A stretch of 63,566 nucleotides of DNA, counting the filler, from Phoronis australis (taxonomy: Eukaryota; Animalia; Phoronida), in assembly GCA_002633005.1 (NCBI GenBank). It is 6 parts of 6 records of this genome, joined end to end, with 100 filler letters (N's around TTAATTAATTAA, not from the genome) between each part and the next. Parts side by side here need not be neighbours in the genome. Positions count along the whole stretch, not along the records: positions 21,576 to 46,127 come from NMRA01001129.1; 5 more parts are not named here. One strand, given 5' to 3'. The position numbers were made by a program, and so were the translations under genes. Shown piece after piece: positions 24,501-37,212 of the stretch. The notes beneath the pieces are model-generated. The model made no database searches, was not told where the DNA came from, and saw only the letters and a program-made list of their open reading frames with translations. How positions within the stretch are numbered: position 1 is the stretch's first letter; each line of letters starts with the position of its first letter.

Positions 24501-27500
24501 ACATATGTTGGCCCCCCCTGTGGTATCCTAGGTCCACCATTGAATTCCAGACATTAATTTTACTTAGACACAGCCCTAGACCTACCGGAGCTAACTATTT
24601 GCCCAGGACGAGATGAGTGTGTACCTGAGCTATGAACCTGAAATTTTTTATCAAAATATTTCATTACAAGATTAGAAAAGCTATCGAGTCGATCTAGTCA
24701 GAGACTATAGTGCATGTGTCGTCTGTAATTTATGACCCACTTTACTCCAGGAGTCCCACCATTTGTGACCTACTTTTCATTTGGCGAAATATAGCAGACG
24801 ACAGAATAAAATTACCGGTGAATCTTCACTGATTTTATTCGAAAGATCATGAAATCTATGGAATCGTACAGATAATTCGATTTTAAGGTACATACCCAGT
24901 TTTACATGAACATATCGTATCAGTGGCCTTGTCATTTGTCAGGTGAAGGTGGCCCCAAGGCCGAAGGGTTCTCCGGATTTTCGCTGGCTCCTCGAGCACT
25001 TATTTTTTCATCGTCACCTTTACAAATTCCCATATCACGTTCGATTCACTGTTTAAAAGCATCGCCTCTTGTCCTCTGTCGACGCGTTTTTCAAATAATG
25101 CAAAAATACTCATCGATTCCACGAGGAACGTCGTTTAGCCATAGACTATAGATAGGGACTGCCAACTCCCGTTAGAGCGCGTTGCGCATGTCGCGGGCCA
25201 CGGGACATAAACACTTAGGAGGCACAGAACAGTTCTCACTGGGTTTTGCCTAGCAAAACACACATCACTTGATTTGTAACCTTTTCTTCACTCTGTCAAA
25301 AACAAGATGCAAAGAATGGCATGTTTTCAATTATTTCACATAAAAAGCCCAGCAGATGAGCACAGAAACTTTATTCTTTCTTGTATTTTTGACCATTTCA
25401 TTCCCACCGACAACCAAGCTAGACTAAGAAAAATAAGGGCAAAAAAATGCAAAATCGGCACTTTTCACCCGAAAAACACCACTTCCCTGCCGATGCACGA
25501 CTAAAACCAAACTTAGAGTCTGAAAGCAAATTTCCTACCGATTCAGAAAATGTGGTCCAAAAGTACTGTCAACCAACTAGTTTTTNNNNNNNNNNNNNNN
25601 NNNNNNNNNNNNNNNNNNNNNNNNNNNNNNNNNNNNNNNNNNNNNNNNNNNNNNNNNNNNNNNNNNNNNNNNNNNNNNNNNNNNNNNNNNNNNNNNNNNN
25701 NNNNNNNNNNNNNNNNNNNNNNNNNNNNNNNNNNNNNNNNNNNNNNNNNNNNTTGCTGTCACAATCTTTATTCCATTCCGTTCGTATCGTCAGAACATTG
25801 GTAAAGAAACTGACCAAGAGACGACAAACGATATTTTGAAAATACTTGTTTCATCAAGTGGAAATAAAATGACACAGTAATACCACCATAGAGCAAAAGC
25901 TAGTCAAATATGCAATGGTACACAGCAGGTGTGAAACACTGCAAAGACTGACAAATGGAGGGGGTAACAAGAATGTCGCGCAAACAAGTGCAGCATGACC
26001 CTGTTTGCTGCTCATTCAAAACGGGCTTCGAGAATGTAATCAAAAGAGACTCTCAATATTTTCAATAGCAGCACATCATACTCTCCATGTCAACTGAGTT
26101 GATGTATTCTCCACAGTTTCTTGACGAGTGATACTTATGATTATGAATGTGGGCATGCTCATTAAGACCTAATGTCTATTTTTCTCTTTCAGTGTCAACA
26201 TCCTCTAAATGTCACAAATACATAGAATATCTATAAAGTAATATGGAACGAAGAGTTGTATCTGGAACGTGATTTTGTGAAAGTGACCTCATTCCTCCAG
26301 GACTCTTCTATGGCTTTTTAACAAAAAACTGAGCTAATTTAAGGTATTGCATTGAGCGTGAATGTTTAATTTCCACACCCGAATCAGTTCCACTATTGAG
26401 TTGTGGAGATAACCAGTGAATGAAGAAGTCAAAATTTTGAAGGACCAGTTGGCACTGTAATTGTTTTTAGGGTTTTTTGACGCCAACAGATATTCAACGT
26501 TGGAAAGGAAACTTGTATAGTATATTTTTTATAAATTAAGTTTTTGTACTTTATACTAGTGAAGGGAATTCAATTTTAAGTGTTATATTTTGCCTGCAGA
26601 AGAAAAACGTTATAACATGAAATGAAACCACCAACTGAAACAAAATACCACAAAATTTGAAATAGAGAACATGAGAGGGAAAGACTCACTCAGGTTATGA
26701 AAGGTGTTCTGTCAGCCTTATTTTTAGTGGTTATCAGATAGCACAGCACACACAAATTAGACAATTTTCATTTCTTTATTTTCCCAGTTCCAATGAGTAA
26801 GTAACAAGGGTCTGAGATTCCCCTGTCTTACTTTACAATTGTTAAGTGAAAAATGACAACACAAATATACAATGGAATTGATTTTTACAATGACTAACAG
26901 GAAAAAAAACAACAACATTACATAAAGTCGGTGTTGCATACATTTCTGAGAAGGAATACAAAAACACCCTTTGCCTACTATGTTTTACAAAAAGTAGCTG
27001 TCAGAGCAAAGCAAAATACAAATTTCATCAGAAACACTTCAATAATCCAAAATTGTAGCTTTAGACATGCCATTTATATATATTTTTTAAAATTGTTTAG
27101 GTGGCTCTCGAGTTATTTAAGTATTACAGCCTCAAAAATAGTCTCTTTTTCAGCAAATAGCACCCAAAAATTTCAGGCCACAAAAAATATCAAGTTTAGA
27201 CAACTATATTTGGGAATCCATAGCTTACTATATTGCTAAAACAAGATAGAGAGTCCTTTACAAGTAGGTTAACAACATGACATCGTCACCAATCCACTTT
27301 CAAACGACAAAACACTTAAAAAATTACCATGGTTCGGTGAAAATATTTCTTTTATTCCAAAATATTTCAAAACAATTCTAAAAATGAAATTGGTGTAACA
27401 AATGAATTCAAAAATAGCAAAAACCAGAAACCTAGTTTTTCACAGTATTTCGTCATTTATTCAAAAATCTTTGCGGTTATATGAATTATTCTTTTTTCCC

Positions 27501-27564
27501 CATGTTAGATCAATGTTTTCACAATCTTAAGTTACGCATCTCAAATGAACACAGAAAACTCAGG

Positions 27565-27640
27565 AACCCCAACTGGGAATCGGACCACAGGTCTTTAAAT
27601 TGCGGGCTTAGTGCTCTCACCACTGAGCTATTGAGGACCG
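27565..27640 (-). mobile_element. Degenerate tRNA-derived sequence (SINE head or tRNA pseudogene)
   Basis: Minus strand: cctcaaTAGCTCAGTGGtgagagcac...GGTCCGATTCCcagttgggg. A box, imperfect B box and acceptor-like stem are present; the anticodon arm is disrupted. Confidence 0.6.
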
Positions 27641-28332
27641 ATATCTGTGCAATTACTGTTTTCAGCCAACTGTTATGTCATACATCCCATGAGCGGCATC
27701 AAATAATTTAGGAATTGAGAGGCGTTGTGTTAGTGACCATCCAAAAAGAGCACACTCATATTCTAAACGGTTTTGATGCACTGCAGCCTTGAATAAACAA
27801 TTATTTTAATACCAAATATAATTTTTTAAAAATGAAACTGATCACAGCACCACCACAAGGTAGAAAACGTGAAACAAAATTATTTTCGAAGAAAATAGAC
27901 TGAATCTATCCCCAAAGCTGAAGTTAAATTGAATTTATTTTTAAAATATTCGGTACTGTTTAAATGAAAATATTTCACCAATTTGGGTCACTTAATGTAA
28001 TTTAGGGAAGTTTTGAGTGGTTCTGTTTAATCCATTTGAACAATCAAATTTGAGTTTAGTTTTAACCCTGGAAAGGTCAGCACGGTTCTTGAAAAATGAC
28101 TGAATTTACCTTTTTTGGAAGTATTGCTAAATGGAAATGGTGAGATGCAGTGAAAAAATTGATGAGGAATGGATTCGGACACGATAGTAATTGTTACGTT
28201 GAGAGTACATTTGGAGGATTTTTCCAGGTTAGAAATTGACAAGGCATTAAATTAAAAAACATTTTCCCATACTTATATCAAAAAAACAACTAAAAATGTA
28301 CACTAAGGCAGAATTTTTTAACAGTTTGACAT

Positions 28333-28496
28333 CAATAGCGAATTAAGAGGGGGGCCAAGAGGGCTACACCCCCCCCCCCCNTAATATTCCCCCAGATTCC
28401 ATTTGGCAGAGTCGGGAGTGCCAATGTCTGAATGACAATATCTTAGCTAATACTCAGCTCTGGTTCCCCTAACACAAAATCCTGGATCTGCCCCTG
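28333..28496. mobile_element. Short CAG..CTG-type GC-box MITE (degenerate)
   Basis: Ends ggatctgcccctg and is similar to 54028-54177. Flanks gacat/gatat (4/5 match). Confidence 0.6.
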
Positions 28497-29927
28497 GATA
28501 TACATATCATTAAAATCGGTTCAGTAATGGATATTTAGCAACGGAAAATTTATCCTCTTCTCCACTGCTGCAGTAGTTCGATTTTTAAAAATATTCACGA
28601 ATGCCCCCATTTGTTGAAACGGATATCAATATAAAGAAGAAAGTTTAAATATTTCGCTGGCATACTTTTCATTTTCCACCACTTTTCATGCTAATATATA
28701 TGAGCATCTGAAAATCATGAAAATGGCAAAATTTCGCTCTTGCTTAATTTTGGATATATTGGTAAACCATGGCTTATGTATTGTAGACGTAGTGACGAAT
28801 GAGAAACTACATTTAGGTCAAGCCAAAATTCATACAAAATCACAAAGTTCAAACTTAATTTTATTGTAAACGACAGAGAATTCAACTAGTGAAAAGAATT
28901 ATCCATTTAGCTCAACCTTTTCATTGGGCCAAACGCCTCGATTCGTGTGTTGAACTGTGCCAGCAAGCGGGCCGATCAACAACCACTTGTCAAGATAATT
29001 CCGACACGTTTTGTAGCAATAATCCGACTTGAATGGCTCGCATACGCGATTCAGTTTGCATTAAACACAACAAATTAATTTCAAAATCAAAAAATTTGCT
29101 TGACGTGCGCGAAATAAAAACCAAAGTTCACCTTCGTTACTACGCTTAGCCATGAGACCGGAAGTTTTGAATCCTGCTCACGTACTTTTGCGTTAGGCCG
29201 CGAGACTTTACGGAGTCGCGAATCTCTTTACTAATATCTATGGTTTAGCGACAGTGTATTTGCCTCTGACATCTCGTTCGAATGTCGGGTATTACGTGAC
29301 TTTTCGCATAGGAGCGGAGCTTGCGAAAGGTCAATTATGAGCCTGTGGATGACGTCGTATAAGTTTTCTACCTGTCCACAGGTGGTGCAGCGAATAGAAG
29401 GAATACTTGAATTGAACCCAACTGTAATTCCCAAGACTTCTCAACCTATTCAGCCCTGAGATATCGACTAATTCAACTAATTCCACCAATTGTATTGGTC
29501 CAGTAATGGCCTCGTACTGGCCTTTTAATGGCCCGATATCGAAATCTTACACTGGCCCAATACCCAGCGGGTGTGCAAAATGTTATTGGGCCAGTACTGG
29601 CCTACATCACTGAGCCAATACAAAAGACAGTCCAGGGTCAGTATTGCCCCAGTACCTGCATGTTTAACTGGGGAATAGCTGAAACAGTTGAAATACTTGT
29701 TCTGTGTCTCTCAAGTTGTGAGCCTGGTGAGGCTTTTGTTGGCGTCATGCACTTTATCTGTCTGCCTGCAGGTAGCGTAGTGATTAGTGGGCATAGTTGA
29801 ATTAGTTGAAATGCGTGTTCTGTGTCTCTCAAATTGTGAGCCTGTTGCTGATGCCATGTTTGTTATCACCCTGTCCCTGCAGGAGACGTACGTGTGTCGT
29901 TTGCATTAACTGCCGTCACTTCCAGAC

Positions 29928-29982
29928 TATATAAATACGGGACACGTACGTTGATATCCCACTCTTAAACAAGTTTCTCCAG
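29928..29982 (+). promoter_or_regulatory. TATA box, initiator and non-coding first exon of the secreted EF-hand gene
   Basis: TATATAAA at 29928-29935, Inr-like ccActct ~30 nt downstream (29961), then a perfect donor cag|gtaagt at 29982/3. Confidence 0.6.
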
Positions 29983-31201
29983 GTAAGTTTTCTAATCCAA
30001 TCCGTTAAATATACACTGTATACTAAACCATCTGCACATGAAAAAGAGAGACGTTATCGAGTAGTCTCCGTTATTTGAGCAACTCTTTTAATTAACTGCA
30101 TAACCACCTTAATCGGAAAGAGCACACATTGTATCGTTGAAGATTCTACTGAAAGAAAGTTATATAAAGAGAAATATGGCCGACGATGAAAAAAATTCTT
30201 GCCTAGTGTTTCTTGTACTTTGTATTGATAGATTATTTTATTGTCCAGTGTTAGACTTTGGCCTCTTGGAGGTCCCTAAGATATGGTATTTGGAAGCCTT
30301 AGTAATTTGAACCTTTCCTGGTCGTCAGAACTGTTGCTGCTCCCCCTCCATGTCAAGAATTGTACCATGACACTCGGCGCATCTCAAAATCCAACTGCTG
30401 TCTGCTGATATTTTGCTTCAACCTAGCAGTGTTAATGAGAAGCATAATTTGGCAAAATTGTACAAAAGATTTGGTGGTGAAACTCATCACATTTATTGTC
30501 CGATTTTCAACATTTAAAAACAGAACCACGTGACTAATTCACGAATTATTCATGTTTGCTCTTTAAAAACTTTCAAAAAGGAAAACTTAAAAAATACTTT
30601 TGCTGCCCCTATTTTTATCTAGGGGACGATATCAGTGTCAACAATTGCATGGCGTCTTCACATTGCGGAAGACTTCGCGGTCGAGTTGCTCATACATTGT
30701 ACAGTATCTCACCCTGTGAGAGTGTCAACGTACAATTCTTTTCATGGAAACACTATCCGAAGCTCCCCGATCGCCGTAACTTTCACCACTAGTCCGATCG
30801 GCGTTGTAGACACAACTGAGTGAGGGTCATTTGACTACTGGACCAAGACACTATTTTGAGTGAGTCCTAAACATGTACATGTCGCATAGTTTTTATAATC
30901 CGGAATTGCTGTTGAATTTTAGCAGTTTTCTGTCGTATCTGTTTCAATGTAGAAATCTATTTTCCTCAATCAGATCAAAGATACGGATTTATCAACATGC
31001 TTATTTACATGTACTCTTCAATGCAGTTCTGTTTTTCACGAGATGTGTTTTTTCAAGTACCGCAATCCCACTCTTGGTTACACATTTCGTTTCTCACGTA
31101 CCGCAACGTTTCACTTTCTAACTGCAAGCACGCATAGTGTAAATACTTTTATGCGGTACACACTTGATACGATGTATCAAACCTGTTCATGCTGTGCAGT
31201 C

Positions 31202-31351
31202 CAGAGGCGGATCCATGATTTTGAGTTATGTGGGGCATGCAGAGTATTAGCCAGTATTTTGACCTTCAGACATTCGCACCCGAGCTGCCAATTGGAATCT
31301 TAGAATTTTAGGGGGGCATGGCCCGTTGGCCCCACTCTAAATCCGCATCTG
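31202..31351. mobile_element. Short CAG..CTG-type GC-box MITE
   Basis: cagaggcggatcc ... atccgcatctg termini. Confidence 0.6.
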
Positions 31352-32992
31352 TCGTCCACATTTTACGTAACCACTGCGGTGCTGGTAACGACTGAATTGC
31401 ATTGCTTGAGAAAGACATGTAGTCATGAGTAAAGCCAGACTTCTTGGAGGAAAGTTGTACAATCTGAGTTCTGAACCCCTTGGCTATATGAGTCTAAGGA
31501 CAAACTTTTTCCCCACATCAGCCCTTAAACATATTGGTTTACTTGCATCGACCTAGAGTTTATGTATTTCACATTGGAGTGAGTGAGATTCGGTGTGTAG
31601 TTTTTCTGCTGTCTTTAGGGGTTAGCGTGCACTTTAAAGAAATAGTACGTGCATGTGGCACCATCGTGGGGTTTGCGTTCAACCAAGTTTTCCTGTGGGA
31701 AATGCACCAAAAAGTGATCCTAATTAGTCACCATGGCATGCGCGTACCACCTTACCGTGCTCGCTCTACGAACACTGCAAACTGAACTGAAGATAGCTGG
31801 AGAAATGACCAACCGAAACGTTGTATTGAGGTTGGTGTAATAGAGTTAGAAAGTATTTTACAACGTCACTACATGTACTTCAACGCAGTTTTAGGAATGC
31901 AGACTCTTTTAATCTGCGCGTTCATTAAGGCCAATCAATCACGTAAATTGAATCCGTGGAAATTGTGTTTTTAATGACCAATACTCGGATTTTAAATTTT
32001 TTATACTGGAAATGGAACTTCAAACATTTTTTTCAATTTTTGTCTTCCATTCAGAAATCAGATTTGACAAAGGTCGTATTTTCAATTTTCGTTTTGCCAA
32101 TGAATATTAAATTAACCTAAAAGCCCGTTAGAGTATGTTGGCCAGATTTCGCGGTAATTTGCCATACATGTACATGTATATTTCAATCGGAGCACGTGGT
32201 GTCACTTGCTTTCACTGCAAGGAAGCCCCGGTCAACTGGGGATCGGCGCACATTAAAGAGGCATGGACCGCGAAAGCTCGTCAAAATGATATTTAAACAT
32301 CTCGCAATATGTAATACAGCGTAAATCACATTCCCCTGTGGGGATATTTCCAGAAAAAAATGACAAAAATTAAATTTTTATAATACGCATGAAGGAAAAA
32401 ATTGTGGTTACCACAGGGTTTCTAAACTCCCTCCCGCTTATGATAAATGTGCGCATGCGCTCATAGTCGGTTGCTTGAAGTTGCTTGAGGTCAAAGGTCA
32501 CATTTTTCATATAGAAAGGATAGCAGCCGTCTAGTCTTTTCATACTAAACCAGGAGACGTTCTTTGCCTGGTAGGAGAAACAATCAAAGATTGAAGTGGC
32601 GAACAGTTGACAGATTATTTTTATAAATTTGACACTAAAAGAAACTGTTTTGATATCAACAGAAATTAATTATCTTTTCGAGCAAACCCTAACAGAATCA
32701 CTTTCCGTGCAATTGAGGCTGTTAATCGCGTTCCAGAGAAACTTCTGCACAAAAACGGAGCATGACAGTTTCTTCCCGATTCTAATCTCTGCCACACCTT
32801 AGTCGAAACTTTCACTACAAAGCTAAAAACCTGCAAGATAACTGTCTAGCTAGTATCACATTGTCTCATACTGTGCGAAGCCCGTTATAGACTTTATACG
32901 TTAAGCAGGGCTGTTTGTCTGAATCTAAAACGCGTATTGAACTCTCATTTTGGAAACAATAGTGTACAATCCCTCTTGTTTCAGCTTCCGTC

Positions 32993-33039
32993 ATGAAGTG
33001 TGTTATCCTCATCTCCCTTGTCGCCGCTGTGTTCGCATG
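32993..33039 (+). CDS. Secreted four-EF-hand protein, coding exon 1 (signal peptide)
   Basis: tttcag acceptor at 32984, then ATG MKCVILISLVAAVFA(W) and a gtaagt donor. Classic n/h/c signal peptide. Confidence 0.85.
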
Positions 33040-33730
33040 GTAAGTAACATTTCCAGACCACAAGCTTAAAATTCAGCAGACACTGTTACTTCTCAATCCT
33101 CCTTTCCCGGTCGAAGACTGTGATGTGGTATTTATTTTACGATGGAAATTTTAATTTTCGCCAGAGGTTTGAATGCACGGAACACCAGAGCAAATGCGCT
33201 GTAACACACACCCATCTGGTCCACCCATGGATATCGAGAATTAATTTGTCTATAATATTACCATTAGCTTGTAAGCGTTCTGTGCCGTAAAGTCTTTAAA
33301 AGCAGCCCGAGTGTTTACGAATTCAGCTGTAAACCTGAAATGCATTAATTTTGAACAAAGCTGTTATGCGGCTCCTTTCTGCACTGATCTGTGACCCGAA
33401 ACACGTTCAGTTGCCACCCACTAGTAATAGTTTCTCGACTTATACAATTCGCATTTTTAATATTCGCCTTTGCATTGCCACAGCCCACAATCTTTTATCA
33501 CATCTCCACGTGTTTTGTTTTAATGAAAACAACACGTAGCTTCGGAGCGCAGTTAGCGCATGTAAAAATTGCCTCTCGACAATCACCCGTTTCACGGTCT
33601 ATTCCTAACATTGTATTCGCGGCTTCCTCGTATATTTATTCCAGCCTATCAGTAAGTCCTGCCCTCTGAGTCTGGCGTGTACCGTCACACCTTATTGCAA
33701 TATTTGTAAACAAGTATTTTTGATATTTAG

Positions 33731-33837
33731 GAGCGACTCTGATCGCGACGCGTCTTTTGTCAAGGTCGACGTCGATGGTAGCGGCACCATTCTGTTGGGT
33801 GAGCTCAGAGGCATCTTTCAGGGACTTGATATCAACC
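33731..33837 (+). CDS. Secreted four-EF-hand protein, coding exon 2
   Basis: (W)SDSDRDASFVKVDVDGSGTILLGELRGIFQGLDIN(R), with EF loop DVDGSGTILLGE. Phases 2/1. Confidence 0.88.
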
Positions 33838-35384
33838 GTAAGTTATTTACCCATAATCTTAGTAAACGTGAGCAGTTAATACAGTGCTCGACTGGAGGGT
33901 CCGTCTGTTTTGATAGAAATATTCTACGATTCGCCTAACCGGAAACATCGAAAAAATAGGCCAGCTACAAAATGTCACATGTACCCACTACTGCTTGCCA
34001 CCGCATTACGCGCCATGTGCAAAAAATAGGCTACATGTAGGTCAATCACAGGATGTGACGTACAACTAAGCCGATTTTTATTATCAACGATTTTAGCAAA
34101 GATCAATGAACGTTACCCCTAACTCGAATTCTGGAATTCATCCTGGACCCTCTTCAGCATTTTAGGATGCAGTCATCACGCAATCAACATGTAGGCCTAC
34201 ACTGACGTAGGCCTACATCAGTGTAGGCCTACATACACTGGCAATATTTAACTGCACATGAGCGGGGAATGGGCCTTAGCATCTGGGACGGGTTGCGTGA
34301 TGTTACTTAACGAGTGGTTAAGGAGCAGTTCCCTGTTGACGTCTTTTTCAATTGATGATGTTGAAAGCGTACGCTTACAGTAGTTGGAGAAGGATTTCAA
34401 TGCTTCTTACTGCTAGCCGAGGCATACATGGCAACGGTATGTAAGCTGCGATATGAAAACCATAAATGTCGTAGCTGTTGTATTGCTGTGGCCTAGACAG
34501 CTTCGAACTATCTCACTGAGTGTAAGAGCAATTCTAGAGGTACTCACTTAACGTCTGCCCTGGACTACGGTTAACTCCAAGAGGCCCAGACGATCTTGTC
34601 ATGTGACCAGTCACATGGTGTAGATGTGACCTTTCCTGGGCTCTGCTGTCGTTAGGTGTAGCACCGGGGCCAACACCAACGTAATATCAAGAAAATGACA
34701 TCAAAACTTTGAGACCCCCACACTGAGCCGAGACTCATCGCTTCAGTCATCTCTTCCCTAACGAAAGAAGTGGAGCCATTATACTAAATGGCCAACGTCA
34801 ATAACAACACCTAAACATAAACGCCTTTACTAAGACAAATGTGCATACGATGAGAATCTAACAACCTTTAATAAGTAAGAAATAACTTTCTAATTAAATT
34901 TGACTACAGCTGTTTCCCCCACCAATAAAGAACAAATAACTAAAGAGACACACAATCATAGCATATACTGTACATATAACCATTCAAGTAGTCCAACGTG
35001 ACTAAAAGTGAAAAACTAAAGTACATGTACATGTATGCAACTGATACAAGTGCCAGGGATACTAGACTATATGCTGGGCATGAGCTGTCTTCAACATCTC
35101 TCGTGGCGCTTTTTATTGCCCATCTTTCCAGAGATTATTATTTTATCTTTGTGTTATTTGTACACTCATATTTCTGTACCTTATCAGTCATAATGACCTT
35201 ATATCGCCTATACACGGTCTCCTTTGTATCTCTGGAAACGGAGCTTGCGACGCACCATGATTATTTTCGGGACATATTCCGAACATAAATGCTATGATAA
35301 CACTATGATTGTTGGTGATGACCTGGCGAATATATATTCATTTGTTTAAAAAAAACTAAGAAAAAGCTCAACAGTGAATGCATA

Positions 35385-36780
35385 CCACATTTGCCCTAAT
35401 AAGCGCCCATGCCCTATAAGCGCCCCTAACAGGTTTTCAGACTTTGCTAAAATAAGCGCCCAGCCCATGAACGTGTAGGCCTACATGCGAAGAACGCCTT
35501 AACTACAGTTCTAAAATTCTACAGTAACTTCTTCAGTTTATCAATAAGAGCCGACAGCCCCGAAAAAAATCATTGTGCACGGAATTAGTGGACCAAGGTA
35601 TCTAGCCGTGACTATACACTTCAAACTTCCGCCATGATTCAAAAAGAACGCACAAGTTTTGATTGTCTTGCGAGGATGTGTCCCACTGTGGCCTGACCTT
35701 TCGGAACAGTCGCAGCGTACTTGTCAACGGGTTTGTATTGTATCTTTATTGTACAGATCTTCTCCCTCAACAGGAATCCAAGTTTTACATGAAAACCACG
35801 AATGGAAGACTAAAATTCCAGGTTTTCACTTGAAACTTGGATTCTTGCTTTTAGAAAGCACGTGGCCAGGAAGAGCGCGCTACATACATGTACATGTACT
35901 TGTCATCGAAGACATTTTGTCGGGAACTATCTATTCATGAAACGGGTAGCATAGCATCGGCAAGAAATAATATTGGCACTGATTTCCGAAAGTTTCTAAT
36001 ACCGTGGAAAACTTTTGTGTTAATTTTAGGAGAAATTGTTTAATTTATCATAATTGGTGTCAAAGTGACCCACCCACTGATAGTGAACACTTTTGCACCC
36101 TTACACGCCGAATCTCCCGGAAAATAACTGTTAGACTGTCACGCATCGTCACTTGGCGTCTCCATGACATTTAATATCGGCCTTTCCGAGACTATTCTAA
36201 CGGTTTTTAGCAGATTAGACCATCTAGTGCTATGTAAAACACGTTTTGCTTTAGTTCTGGAGTTAAATCCTTTGATTACAATGCACACCTAGATCGTCCC
36301 ATTGCGTTTACTTTGGCAAATGAACTCTGATGACACACACGCGTTCGCTCACTCACGCAGACGCTGACGAATATCAAAACAAACGTCACGCGACAACAAC
36401 GTGTGTTCCTCCAGAGATTTTTCACGTGTTGCGGGCTCCGATCTAGCGCAACTTCACAGGAACTTACAAAATCTTTGGATTGCTATTTGGAAAACTTAAT
36501 GAAGATTTCAGGTTATTTGTTGAGTCGAAACTAATTTTATTCAAGAATTCAAGCAGCCCTATCGAAGATTGCGAGGAAGCGACGCATCATTACTAGTCGG
36601 CGAGTTCGGCCTTGGGATTTCAGCACAGTCTTTTGAAAAATAATCGTAATTTAACAACAATGTTTAAAGGCAGTGCATCACCCCGGAGTCCGGGTTTCAA
36701 CCACCTTAGACCCCAATAAGCGCCCAACCCATGAAACGAAATTTTCTAAGCGCCCTGGGCGCTTATTAAGGCAAAAACTG
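35385..36780. mobile_element. Non-autonomous Tc1/mariner (pogo/Tc2-like) element with TA TSD
   Basis: ta|ccacatTTGCCcTAATAAGCGCCC ... GGGCGCTTATTAaGGCAAaaactg|ta, with subterminal ataagcgccc repeats. Confidence 0.8.
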
Positions 36781-37212
36781 TACTGGACATAAAATGAGTA
36801 TTCAGAATACTTTAGTGGTTATGCAATAAGTGGGTACCAGATTGGAAACAACTAAGTTATAATAATGGTAACATAAATAGAGTATTACATAGCATCATCA
36901 GTAATAACAGAAATAGACTATATAATATCAACAAATAAGTGCTAGTACAGCCCCTGTTAACACGGACAGACTACCGGTATATAAGTGCGGAAAACACTGT
37001 AACTCATAGTGAATTTTACTATGTAGTTTCAACAAATAAGCACCATTATTATTGAAAACGGCCAGTATACTACCTAACTACATGTACATGTACACCTGTA
37101 CTTAATCTAACTGATTATAATAGGACACCACATTTCTCCTAGTACCAAGGTCAAGGCGCAAACCCAGAGACCAGAATCAGTCTCTGAGTTAAAAAATGAC
37201 AGGCATTTACCC

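Noticed and set aside
21576-25200. Missing 5' exons of HDHD5 continuing across the spacer
   Set aside because: No FDIDGV (HAD motif I) or other HDHD5-like coding segment was found.
27565-27640. Functional tRNA gene
   Set aside because: The anticodon stem does not pair and the B box is mutated (GGTCCGA). It is better explained as a SINE head or pseudogene.
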